Shown here in pieces: positions 53,963 through 64,000 of a DNA stretch of 64,000 nt. The notes beneath the pieces were generated by a model. The model did no database searches. It had not been told where the DNA came from and was given only the letters and a program-made list of their open reading frames with translations. The translations under genes were made by a program, and so were the position numbers. Positions within the stretch are counted from its first letter, which is position 1, and every line of letters begins with the position of its first letter. Origin of the DNA: Adineta vaga (Eukaryota > Animalia > Rotifera); NCBI GenBank assembly GCA_021613535.1, contig CP075493.1, positions 3,162,001 to 3,226,000 of the forward strand, in the 5' to 3' direction.

Positions 53963-54454
53963 ATGTTACTCATTTCATTAATTATTCTTCTTGTATGTTC
54001 AATAAATTATTTTCATTGTTTATCTTGTTTTAAATGCATGACAACCAATTTTGAAAATGATACATGCAAAGATCCATTCAATCCAATTGATAATCATCTT
54101 GAAATTGATTGTCAAGCAACATCAAATGGAAGAAATGGTTTATTTCCTGCTCGATTTTGTGTAAAAATATCTGGTATTATTGTTGATGTTGATCGTCATG
54201 TCAATCGATCATTATTACAAAAAAGTCTCTTTCTACGAACATGTATTATCGATAATATTATGGATTCTACTCGATCTTCGGATTCTACTGGAAATTTTCG
54301 TTTAAAAAATTTCAATGAAATCAAAAGTGTTCGTATGCAAGGCACTATAACTGTTTGTTCAAGTGATGGTTGTAATCGAACAAATACAATTCAAATCAAT
54401 AGAATTTTATTGAATTTTCTCATATTTTTTCTTATAATTTATTATTTTAAATAA
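53963..54454 (+). CDS. Ly6/three-finger (Quiver/Sleepless-like) GPI-anchored protein
   Basis: Signal peptide, CFKC, C.DPF, CVK, RTC, CSSDGCN and a hydrophobic C-terminus. Confidence 0.82.
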   Translation: MLLISLIILLVCSINYFHCLSCFKCMTTNFENDTCKDPFNPIDNHLEIDCQATSNGRNGLFPARFCVKISGIIVDVDRHVNRSLLQKSLFLRTCIIDNIMDSTRSSDSTGNFRLKNFNEIKSVRMQGTITVCSSDGCNRTNTIQINRILLNFLIFFLIIYYFK

Positions 54455-54760
54455 ATAAAAGAACAAAAAAAAAGACTTCTGTCAAATACGAAACGAAAAA
54501 AGAAAAACAATCTGCTTATCGTGACGAGGAAGAAAGAACAGAACGGCATATAATATAAAATGTGTTTTTATTAAAAGAAAATATTCATCGACAAAAAAAA
54601 ACATGCACTTTCTATGTTATACTTTGTAAAAATCATGCATACTCACCTGTCATCAAACAAATCTACCGCATATAAATAGTCGAACATATCCTTTTGTTAA
54701 TTTTATTATAAATATATTTTCTATTAGTACGAACATCATTTAAGATTTGATATTGACATA

Positions 54761-55858
54761 ATGGCTACTCAATCAAATAGTAAGAAAAAGCGAAATAATT
54801 GGACGAAGGAGGATATGGATCGACATCGAGAAATTGAAAAAAAACGACGTGAATTAGAACAAAAACTTCTTAAAGAATTAAAATCATTAATTTCAAATTG
54901 GGATGGTCAAACATCTGCTAATCTTACACAATTAAATGTCTTACAATTTGCTAAAGATAAATTAGAAAAAATCAATCAACAATATGCAAATCAAGAAGTT
55001 TTACCTTCATTTTTAACTACTGAAGAAAATCATTTTTTAAATCTTGAAACAAATAATACTTTCATATTTATCATAACAATTCAAGATGGAATGTTTCGAA
55101 TCCGTTATGTCAATGAATCAATCAATCGAATACTTCAATTTAGTCCCGAACAATGGATTAATCAAAATTTTCTATCATTTATACATGAAGATGATTTACA
55201 TCTATTTCAATATCAAATGATGTCATTAATTCATCAACCTAATCAAAAACTTTCGACCAAATGTCGATTAAGACGAAATAATCGTCCACATATTCTAATT
55301 AATATCGATGGAGTTATTAAAAATACTAAAGAAAATATAGAATCGATTCCAGGAAATAATTTAGGACATTTACTTTTTATTGGTATTGGTCATTTACCAT
55401 TAATAAGTGAATATAATGATAAAAATATGTCACTTTATAAAGAACCAGAATTATTACAAACATTTTCTTGTCGATGTTCACCCAATGATTGGAAAATCTT
55501 TCTTGTTGATGGTTCAACAACAACCCTACCATTGGTATCATTCGAAATATTTCGTAATAGATCAATTCTTGATTTTATTGATCAAAAAGATCAACCTTCT
55601 GTACACCAACATTTAATCAAAGCAATGTTAAAAGGAACAGATGAATCTGTTTTCCCCTGTCGATTTATTTATACATCAATATCTGTCGATAATATGTTAC
55701 TTTCGATCAAACCATTTGTTAATTCGAATCGAGGAGAAACAAATTTTCTTGAATTAACATTTTCAAAATTCACCGATGACTCTTTGGCAACTCAACAAGA
55801 TATAAGTGATATTCTTGCACCAACAGATGAATTAGATGAAGTATTCAACCCACAGTGA
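54761..55858 (+). CDS. Divergent bHLH-PAS transcription factor, intronless
   Basis: Basic HLH HREIEKKRRE...ELKSLI; PAS-A (RYVNESI..IL.F...WI.Q...FIH.DD); PAS-B (SILDFID.KD...V). Confidence 0.8.
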   Translation: MATQSNSKKKRNNWTKEDMDRHREIEKKRRELEQKLLKELKSLISNWDGQTSANLTQLNVLQFAKDKLEKINQQYANQEVLPSFLTTEENHFLNLETNNTFIFIITIQDGMFRIRYVNESINRILQFSPEQWINQNFLSFIHEDDLHLFQYQMMSLIHQPNQKLSTKCRLRRNNRPHILINIDGVIKNTKENIESIPGNNLGHLLFIGIGHLPLISEYNDKNMSLYKEPELLQTFSCRCSPNDWKIFLVDGSTTTLPLVSFEIFRNRSILDFIDQKDQPSVHQHLIKAMLKGTDESVFPCRFIYTSISVDNMLLSIKPFVNSNRGETNFLELTFSKFTDDSLATQQDISDILAPTDELDEVFNPQ

Positions 55859-56162
55859 TACTATTTTTTGTTTTGTCATTCCTTTGGACATTATAAATAT
55901 AAAGTTATCATGAAAGAAATAAAAATAAAATGTATTCTACACTTGATTGATGGATGACTGTCATAGAAAAGCACATATATTTAATCCACACATGATTATC
56001 CTGTAGATGGCGTATGAATCTTCTATTGATTGGATAGAGTTAAGCAAAATTTTTCTTTGAGATGATTCATCGGACATGAATGAATGAGTGATTGGTTTCC
56101 GTTTGGGTTATTTCTTCATTTCATTTCATTTGTCTTTCATAATACATACGGGGTTGATCAAT

Positions 56163-57303
56163 ATGACTTCTGATACGCCTGCTGTTGCCATAAATAATAC
56201 AGAAAAAGACGATCCTTTTGCACTTGGTATTGACAATGACAATCGTTGTTATAATGTATTTGATTTGAATATTAAATGTTCGACTGATGCATTAAAAACA
56301 TTTCATCGATGTTCCGATGCTATTCTTGAACGCGATCCTGAATTATATAATATTTGGATTGATGATCATCGATTTTATTCTCATGGAATTATTGAAGTGA
56401 TCGAAAATGAATTAAGTTCGTTACATCATAAATGTTTATTTAGCAATCTCAAACCATTACAAGGGTTTCGTTGGCTTGAAGGTTTATTTCTAGTTATTGG
56501 AAGTTATTTAAAATATTTCAATGAATTTGATGATCGAGATCGACTCGATGCTCTTTTGAATTTATTCTATGCAGCTTGGATTACATTTTTTATTCACAAT
56601 CGTTATGCTATTTTAAATCTCAGTTGTCCATCATCACCACCACTACCTGATGCTAATAATAATAATGATGATTGCATTATATTAGATAATCAAGAGAAAA
56701 AGGTAATATAGTGTTCATCGAAATCAATCTAGTTCTTATTCGGTTTCTTTTTTGAGATCAAATTGATTATAACTATTCGTGTTTATTTAGATTTCCAATG
56801 TCACTGTTCATAAAACTGAAGAACAAATTGTACGACACTTAGAAAAACATTTACCAAATTTTGATCGCATACTTTATGAAGTCATTGAACTTGGCCATCA
56901 ATTAGCATCAAAACGTCTTCCAAATTTGGAAAAATTCGATGAATTTTACCAATTATGGAGAAATCCGTTAACACATAAACGAAAGTCAATAGGAGATTTC
57001 AGTTTAATTATCGAACGTATAACCGGTGAAATTGATCTAAAATTTGATTCTACGGAAACAAATTATTCAGCAACAAAAGCAATTAATTGGAAATTGGTTT
57101 TTTATGATGAATTTATTCGTTATGCTGATCGATTTTATGTCACAAAAAAGAGTTTAACAAGTAAACGACGTACGATAGGTGGTGAACGCTTTTCTATCAA
57201 CAAATGGTCATCAAGTAAAATCAATTATTTTCTAACGAAAAACATCTTTAAACGAACTTCAAATAATGAATATGAAAAACAAATCGAGCAATTATATCAT
57301 TAG
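56163..57303 (+). CDS. Hypothetical protein resembling an uncharacterised fungal family (2 exons)
   Basis: The two ORF blocks are joined by a GT-AG intron; motifs ERDPELYNIWI...HGIIEVIEN, WLEGL, FDD.DR and IGGERFSINKWS. Confidence 0.65.
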
Positions 57304-57564
57304 ATAATCACCGTCATATTTTCATCTTTTTTGTCAGATTCTACGTTGTATATTTAGTTCTTTTGTTGTCGGTTTTGTTTTCTCTTTCGTCGGATAAGTA
57401 TCGTTATTGTTATTGACGGGTTTTTGAAATAGTATTGTCTTATATATATATACACTAATAAACAAGATCAATTAGAATACTCTTGTGTTTTATTTCTATA
57501 GATAAAGTTTATTAGAAGTAGAAAACTTAACTTTCCTTACATTATTATTGAATAACTGTTCTAG

Positions 57565-57813
57565 ATGGATTTTGTTTGTGAATTAAGTTTTCCATTAGCA
57601 ACTGCTCGTCATGCACAAATTGTTTACAATACCGTCCGAATTGACAAAGAACCAAAGAAAACTGTTCAACGTACTGAAACATTAAACGATCATATTCTCA
57701 ATGTTCGATTTGAAAGTAATGAAGCAAAATTTATTCGTGTAGCTGTAGAAAGTTACATTGAAAAGATCAATTCGATTCTTCATACAATTCAACGTTTTGA
57801 TCCTAAACTTTGA
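57565..57813 (+). CDS. LAGE3: KEOPS complex subunit Pcc1/LAGE3
   Basis: 82 aa, FP..TARHAQIVYN....DKEP...V.R......L.V.F.....K.IRVAV.S pattern. Confidence 0.85.
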   Translation: MDFVCELSFPLATARHAQIVYNTVRIDKEPKKTVQRTETLNDHILNVRFESNEAKFIRVAVESYIEKINSILHTIQRFDPKL

Positions 57814-57874
57814 TATTCGAGTTGTTGTTTTTTTTGTATTACTGTTCAGTGTGATTTCCTTTTTCTTATTTTAG

Positions 57875-59196
57875 ATGAAAACATTTCTTTTCTTCTTGTT
57901 GATCTCCTTAGTTTATTCGTATAATCATGATGAGTTCAAACAAATTAATACTGAACAACAATTGACTGATTTTACACGATCATCGTCATTGAATGTTCTT
58001 GTTTTTGGTAAATAAAATCAAATATTATTTTCTAACAGGAATTTGATTTGATTCTTTTTAGTTAACAAGCAAAAGTGCAATGATGAAAATGCTAAGAAAT
58101 GTCGAGATGAACGTCATCAATTAGAACAAATCCGTGATTTATGTACCAGTGAAAATATACAATTTGCTCTTTCAACTAATTTACAAATGGCTGAAAAACA
58201 ATTTAATATTTTAGGATCATTACCGAAATTATGCTTTTTCAGAAATGGATTTCCAATGATTTATTTCGGTGAGTTTTACGTACTTGAAGTTTGATAACGC
58301 TAAGAACTTCTATTTACTTCAGGTTCATTATCAGAGATTGATAATATTCATGAATGGTTCAATGAAGTACGTCAACGATTAACACATACATTAGATGATA
58401 AATCATTCGAACATGATACACAAGCAGCAAGTGGTTCAACAACAGGCGATTGGTTTATTCTTTTGTATGTTTAATAAATTATACGAATGTTTAAATGTAA
58501 ATATATTATTTCTATTTATTAGTAAGACAAGTAATGAATCAAATAATTTAATTCCAGTTTGGGAAGCTACATCTATACAGTAAATATCCAAACAATTAGA
58601 TTTATATTTTCAATGAACTAACATTCTCTTTGTCAATAGTTTTCGTAATCGAGCAGTTTTTGCTTATGTAAATGTGGATACGAATCCAAATATACAAAAA
58701 CGTTTTCATTTATATAAATCACCTTCGTTTATCTTGTAAGTTTGAATTCAATTTTAATCAATAGAATTGATCCTTGATGATTTTCTTGTAGATTTAAACG
58801 TGGCAAAATGTATCGATATGAAGGTACATCATGGCAGCAGACAGCTTTTGTGAATTTTATTGAAAATGAATATCAACAAGTGAAAGGTGAAGTCATTCCA
58901 TCTGAATCGAATGCTTTGTAAGTTAGCATTGATTAGTCATTTCTATTCTTATATCAAATCTTTTCAGTTCATTCTCATTTGGAAATGCTGCAAAAATCAT
59001 TCCAGTAAGTTGATTATTCTGTGTTTTAAAAGATATTCGAGATGTGTTATATCTCCTATAGATGTATTTGATTATTATACCAATGATTTGTTTGGTTGCT
59101 GTTCTTCTCATTCTCGTATTTATTAGTCGATTTTCCAAGAAGAAAACAACAACAACCACAACGGCACGAACACCATTTCAAGTTAAAATTGATTAA
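57875..59196 (+). CDS. Thioredoxin-fold type I membrane protein (multi-exon; absent from the ORF track)
   Basis: Signal [64 protein letters not shown]-terminal TM segment. Confidence 0.8.
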
Positions 59197-59212
59197 TTTT
59201 TATTCGTTTTTT

Positions 59213-59700
59213 CTTATTCCCTTTTCTGAAAGAAAGGGTTATATGCTTTTTAAACAGGGTCGTTAAAATGCTTAGTTTGTTTGTTTGTCCAAGCCTATCA
59301 GGTGAAAGCAGCGTATAAATCGATCAAAACTTACCCCTGGTCATCGGACAACGATTCGTCATATGTAATCGAGATCGAGGAATACGAATCTTGCGTTCCT
59401 TTTTCAAAAATATTTTTCCATGAACCATAATTAATTAATTGTTATTTCTTATTTGTCTAATCCAGTCACATTGCAGCAATATAAAAATTCATGAAAATTT
59501 ACTAATAATCATCTGTAAATGATTTGCTCAAAAGTAATCGAAGTCGAGGATTTCAAATCTGATGTTAGCTTTTCATAATTCTAATCAATTATTATAATTA
59601 TTGCGAAACTGAAAATAACCTGTTATTAAGCATAAAAGAAAAAATTCTGGCTGTGAATTATTAATAAAGCTACTAGGTTAATTGAAGAAATGTTTTTTCA
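59213..59700 (+). mobile_element. Possible non-autonomous Helentron/DINE-1-like (HINE) element remnant; right boundary uncertain
   Basis: Begins in a T-rich site with hairpin-like ttattcccttttctgaaagaaagggttata followed by a (GTTT)n-GTCC microsatellite, an architecture typical of DINE-1/HINE 5' ends. Confidence 0.4.
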
Positions 59701-61077
59701 GTAGAAGTTGAGTGTGTGGGTCTGCAAGGGGGAAAAAGCGGATCCTGGATACCCAAATCCTATCAAAATTTCGGACCCTCATGGGTTATCATTGGTCATC
59801 ATGAACTGTGTGATCGCAGGAACTATGAGGATCCAAGATCGGTCTCTTTTCTCCTTGTGTGGATGTACGTATGTGCTTACTCTGTCAAGGAACACTTACA
59901 CCTACACCTTATTCCTTCCACAGAAAGGAGCGTCATATGAAAAAAAGTTTCTGTGCACTTTTGTATCAGTGTCAAAGGTCAAAAAAACATTTTCTTCAAG
60001 ACTGTCTTAAACATCGGAAACCGAGAGTAGATTAAGGGTAGGATGATAGGTGGGGTCAATGTGAAGAATCAAGGGTTAAAAGTTAAAGGCTGCACAAGAT
60101 CAAAATATTGCTCTACCCTTCAGTACGAGCTAAATACGCGCTTTCGATAGATATAACATGAGATTACAATCAGTCAATCGTTATTTATTCATAAAATCAT
60201 TAAAAGTTTAGTAATATTGAAATAGAAACTATTGATCATTCTAGAGATGATAATTCAATAAATGAACACATCGGTAGAATTGAACCCGTAGCAGGTTTGA
60301 GAAAAATAAAGTACAGTAAAATTTGTCTAGTTTGAAAACTATTGGAATCAATGAAAAACGTAGGGGAATAAGCAAATCATATAAAAACATCTTAGAGATA
60401 CGATGGCATAGACATGCAACTATCTCAGTTAACTCGGTGAGAGTCAGCCTCGAACTTAGTTTATACTTTCATGTGTTTTCTTTTGCTTTTGAGAATATTT
60501 GACACACCACCAATTGTTCATACCAAAAATTTATCTCGCACATCACGATAAGATGAACCGGCTTTGTTTTCTTTAATTCAATTAAATTTCTTGTTAAGAT
60601 CTTTAAGGATAGATGTATTTGAAATAAAAATTGCCTTACGCCGAACTAATAGAATGAAATTAGTTTATGAGGGTATGCAGCGTGAGCGTGAAAAGTAGAG
60701 ACTATCGGTATCTACTCTCAAAGATTTCCTTTTCTGATTGAACTTTTGTTGAATATCACATGCAAAAGTATCCTTTCTCAAAACGAACTCTTTTGTAAAA
60801 CTCAAAAAATTACTGATGAAAAATACGTATCTTGAGTGTATACTGACACTCATAATCATACACGGCAGACGAAACTCCATCTCAACACATACATTAACGC
60901 CATCTTTCTGCATTAACTAACTATTCGCTTTAGTTGAAATCCTCAGATTTCTTTCTCTTTTTCGAATAACAAAAATACAACACAATACTATCAGTAAAGC
61001 GAATTTCTTTTCATAACAAACAAAATATATTCAATAGCTTGTACTCTCAACAAACTTTTGTGGAATTTAAAGCGAAT

Positions 61078-64000
61078 ATGTACACATTTTCAACATTGCC
61101 GATTGAACTCGTCTATCGAATTTTGGATCATCTGTCTGATTTTACACTATTTTGTTCGATGCAAAATGTTTGCCAACGTTTTAATCAAATTCTGAACATT
61201 TATCATCGATATCAAGTAAGTTTGCAAAGTGCTTCACCTATTTTCTCATCTGTTCAAGCACACATGAGCCTCGCAATATCTAACTTAATCAGTTTACTCA
61301 AAGAAAAAACAAATTTCACAATTCCCAAGCACTTTCCACGAGGCAACCGCACACAATATTGACTCATGCTATTAAAACAACCCTTCCTCTCAACTGTTCT
61401 TTTCTATCTATGCACATCCAATATATATCTCATTCAACCTGCACTCATGTGCCGCACAAGAAAAAACCGCAGCATTAAAACACCTTTCCCCTTTCAAACA
61501 AAAGTCTCTATTGCAACTCTCAAACAACTCAACAACTATCTTTGAAACCCACCCAATAAAATAAAGTGAACTGTTTTATATTGTGCCCCAACTCCATACG
61601 ATCTTTCGCAAACCAAATTTAAAAATAACAATCCCAAACCGTTCGAAATAAAGAAGTATCACTACCTTCAGTACATTACTCACTCTACTCATCCGACGAT
61701 TCCAAAATTCACTCAGTAATAATCAGACAAGCACCGATTTCTCTTTTCACTCCATGAACCCAGATCGAACACTTTCACACACTACCGCACACCTCTTGTA
61801 TAATCCTATATCTATTTCAAAAACCTTACTCTAAAGTTCAAATTACTTTACCCACATTCTCGAAAGAAATATTCTATACATAGACACTCACCACACTAGA
61901 TCTCCAGTACAATCAAATCCGCAATCGAGGAGCACCACATATTGGTGATGCCTTGCGAATAAACACAGTAACATTCATTCGCTCTTATCCTAATTGACAC
62001 ATACCTGTTCTCTCTCCTTTATAGACACTCACCACACTAAACCGCGGGCACAATCAAATCGGCGATCAAGGAGCACAACATATTGGTGATGCCTTGCGAA
62101 TAAACACAGTAACATTCATTCGCTCTTGTCGTAATTGACACATACCTGTTCTCTCTCCTTTATAGACACTCACCACACTAAACCTCGAGAACAATCAAAT
62201 CGGCCATCAAGGAGCACAACATATTGGTGATGCCTTGCGAATAAACACGGTAATACTCATTCGCTCTTATCCTAATTGACACATACCTGTTCTCTCTCCT
62301 CTATAGACACTCACCACACTGAATCTCGAGAACAATCAAATCGGCGATCAAGGAGCACAACATATTGGTGATGCCTTGCGAATAAACACGGTAACATTCA
62401 TTCGCTCTTGTCCTAATTGACACATACCTGTTCTCTCTCCTTTATAGACACTCACCACACTAAATCTCGAGAACAATCAAATCGGCCATCAAGGAGCACA
62501 ATATATTGGTGATGCCTTGCGCATAAACACGGTAATACTCATTCGCTCTTGTCCTCATTTACACACCCATGCTCTCTCTCCTCTACAGACACTTACCAGA
62601 CTAAATTTCGGGTACAATCAAATCTGCGATCAAGGAGCACAACATATTGGTGATGCCTTGCGAATAAACACGGTAATACTCATTCGCTCTTGTCCTAATT
62701 GACACATACCTGTTCTCTCTCCTCTATAGACACTCACCACACTAAATCTCGGGTACAATCAAATCGGCGATCAAGGAGCACAACATATTGGTGATGCCTT
62801 GCGAATAAACACGGTAACATTCATTCGCTCTTGTCCTAATTGACACATACCTGTTCTCTCTCCTTTATAGACACTCACCACACTAAATCTCGAGAACAAT
62901 CAAATCGGCCATCAAGGAGCACAATATATTGGTGATGCCTTGCGAATAAACACGGTAATACTCATTCGCTCTTGTCCTAATTGACACATACCTGTTCTCT
63001 CTCCTCTATAGACACTCACCACACTGAATCTCGAGAACAATCAAATCTGCGATCAAGGAGCACAACATATTGGTGATGCCTTGCGCATAAACACGGTAAT
63101 ACTCATTCGCTCTTGTCCTCATTTACACACCCATGCTCTCTCTCCTCTACAGACACTCACCGGACTAAATTTCGGGTACAATCAAATCTGCGATCAAGGA
63201 GCACAACATATTGGTGCTGCCTTGCGAATAAACACAGTAACATTCATTCGCTCTTGTCCTAATTGACACATACCTGTTCTCTCTCCTCTATAGACACTCA
63301 CCACACTGAATCTCGAGAACAATCAAATCTGCGATCAAGGAGCACAACATATTGGTGATGCCTTGCGCATAAACACGGTAATACTCATTCGCTCTTGTCC
63401 TCATTTACACACCCATGCTCTCTCTCCTCTACAGACACTCACCGGACTAAATTTCGGGTACAATCAAATCTGCGATCAAGGAGCACAACATATTGGTGCT
63501 GCCTTGCGAATAAACACAGTAACATTCATTCGCTCTTGTCCTAATTGACACATACCTGTTCTCTCTCCTCTATAGACACTCACCACACTAAACCTCGGGC
63601 ACAATCAAATCGGCGATCAAGGAGCACAACATATTGGTGATGCCTTGCGAATAAACACGGTAATACTCATTCGCTCTTGTCCTAATTGACACATACCTGT
63701 TCTCTCTCCTCTATAGACACTCACCACACTAAATCTCGGGCACAATCAAATCGGCCATCAAGGAGCACAACATATTGGTGATGCCTTGCGAATAAACACG
63801 GTAATACTCATTCGCTCTTGTCCTAATTGACACATACCTGTTCTCTCTCCTTTATAGACACTCACCACACTAAATCTCGGGGACAATCAAATCGGCCATC
63901 AAGGAGCACAATATATTGGTGATGCCTTGCGCATAAACACGGTAATACTCATTCGCTCTTGTCCTCATTTACACGCCCATGCTCTCTCTCCTCTACAGAC
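61078..64000 (+). CDS. F-box protein with ribonuclease-inhibitor-type LRR array, one LRR per exon; runs off the window
   Basis: Exon 1 (61078-61215) is MYTFSTLPIELVYRILDHL...NVCQRFNQIL (F-box-like); then phase-0 84-nt exons of consensus TLTTLNLxxNQIGDQGAQHIGDALRINT, all 15 open. Confidence 0.88.
61884..64000 (+). repeat. 141-bp exon+intron tandem array, 15 complete units plus the start of a 16th
   Basis: Exon starts at 61884+141n (62025, 62166 ... 63858, 63999); each unit is an 84-nt exon plus a 57-nt gtaa...tag/cag intron. Confidence 0.97.

Noticed and set aside
59708-60010. Overlapping ORFs as a transposase fragment
   Set aside because: No transposase, helicase or reverse transcriptase motif recognised.
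62517-63548. Three 61-aa ORFs in the track (MRINTVILIRSC...)
   Set aside because: They are read-through of open-type introns between LRR exons and begin at TTG, so they are not separate genes.
61884-64000. Regular repeat array as a CRISPR or non-coding satellite
   Set aside because: There are no unique spacers; each unit has splice sites and an open 28-codon LRR in a eukaryotic context.

Overview
This is AT-rich eukaryotic (metazoan) genomic DNA with short GT-AG introns, mostly about 50-65 nt. Gene style, apparent foreign intronless genes and the F-box/LRR family suggest a bdelloid rotifer; that is an inference, not proven. Three zones can be distinguished. (1) About 0-10 kb holds a cluster of five paralogous secreted glycine-rich prepropeptide genes (four intact, one pseudogene). 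They share a 64-nt signal exon, a micro-exon and a hypervariable Gly-rich exon, and three carry duplicated promoters. One predicts a symmetric amidated peptide, G10-W-G10. (2) About 11-59 kb is a very compact housekeeping region: CIMIP5-like, METTL15, an atypical HCD-type Src kinase, POLR3K, DJ-1, GATAD2, DHDDS, KCTD, RPL27, PTPMT1, MICU, RELCH, PHKB, PDCD5, a Ly6 protein, bHLH-PAS and Pcc1. Several same-strand genes here are only 22-200 bp apart with apparently unpaired splice acceptors, which looks like operons resolved by trans-splicing. Candidate horizontally acquired genes (RimJ/L GNAT, IPNS-like 2OG oxygenase, a fungal-like protein) are embedded in these runs. (3) From 61 kb an F-box gene continues into a tandem array of at least 15 near-identical 141-bp units. 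Each unit is an 84-nt one-LRR exon plus a 57-nt intron, and variation concentrates at predicted ligand-facing LRR positions, suggesting a recombining modular receptor. No tRNA, rRNA or CRISPR array was seen. All exon models were read by eye and family calls rest on recalled motifs.
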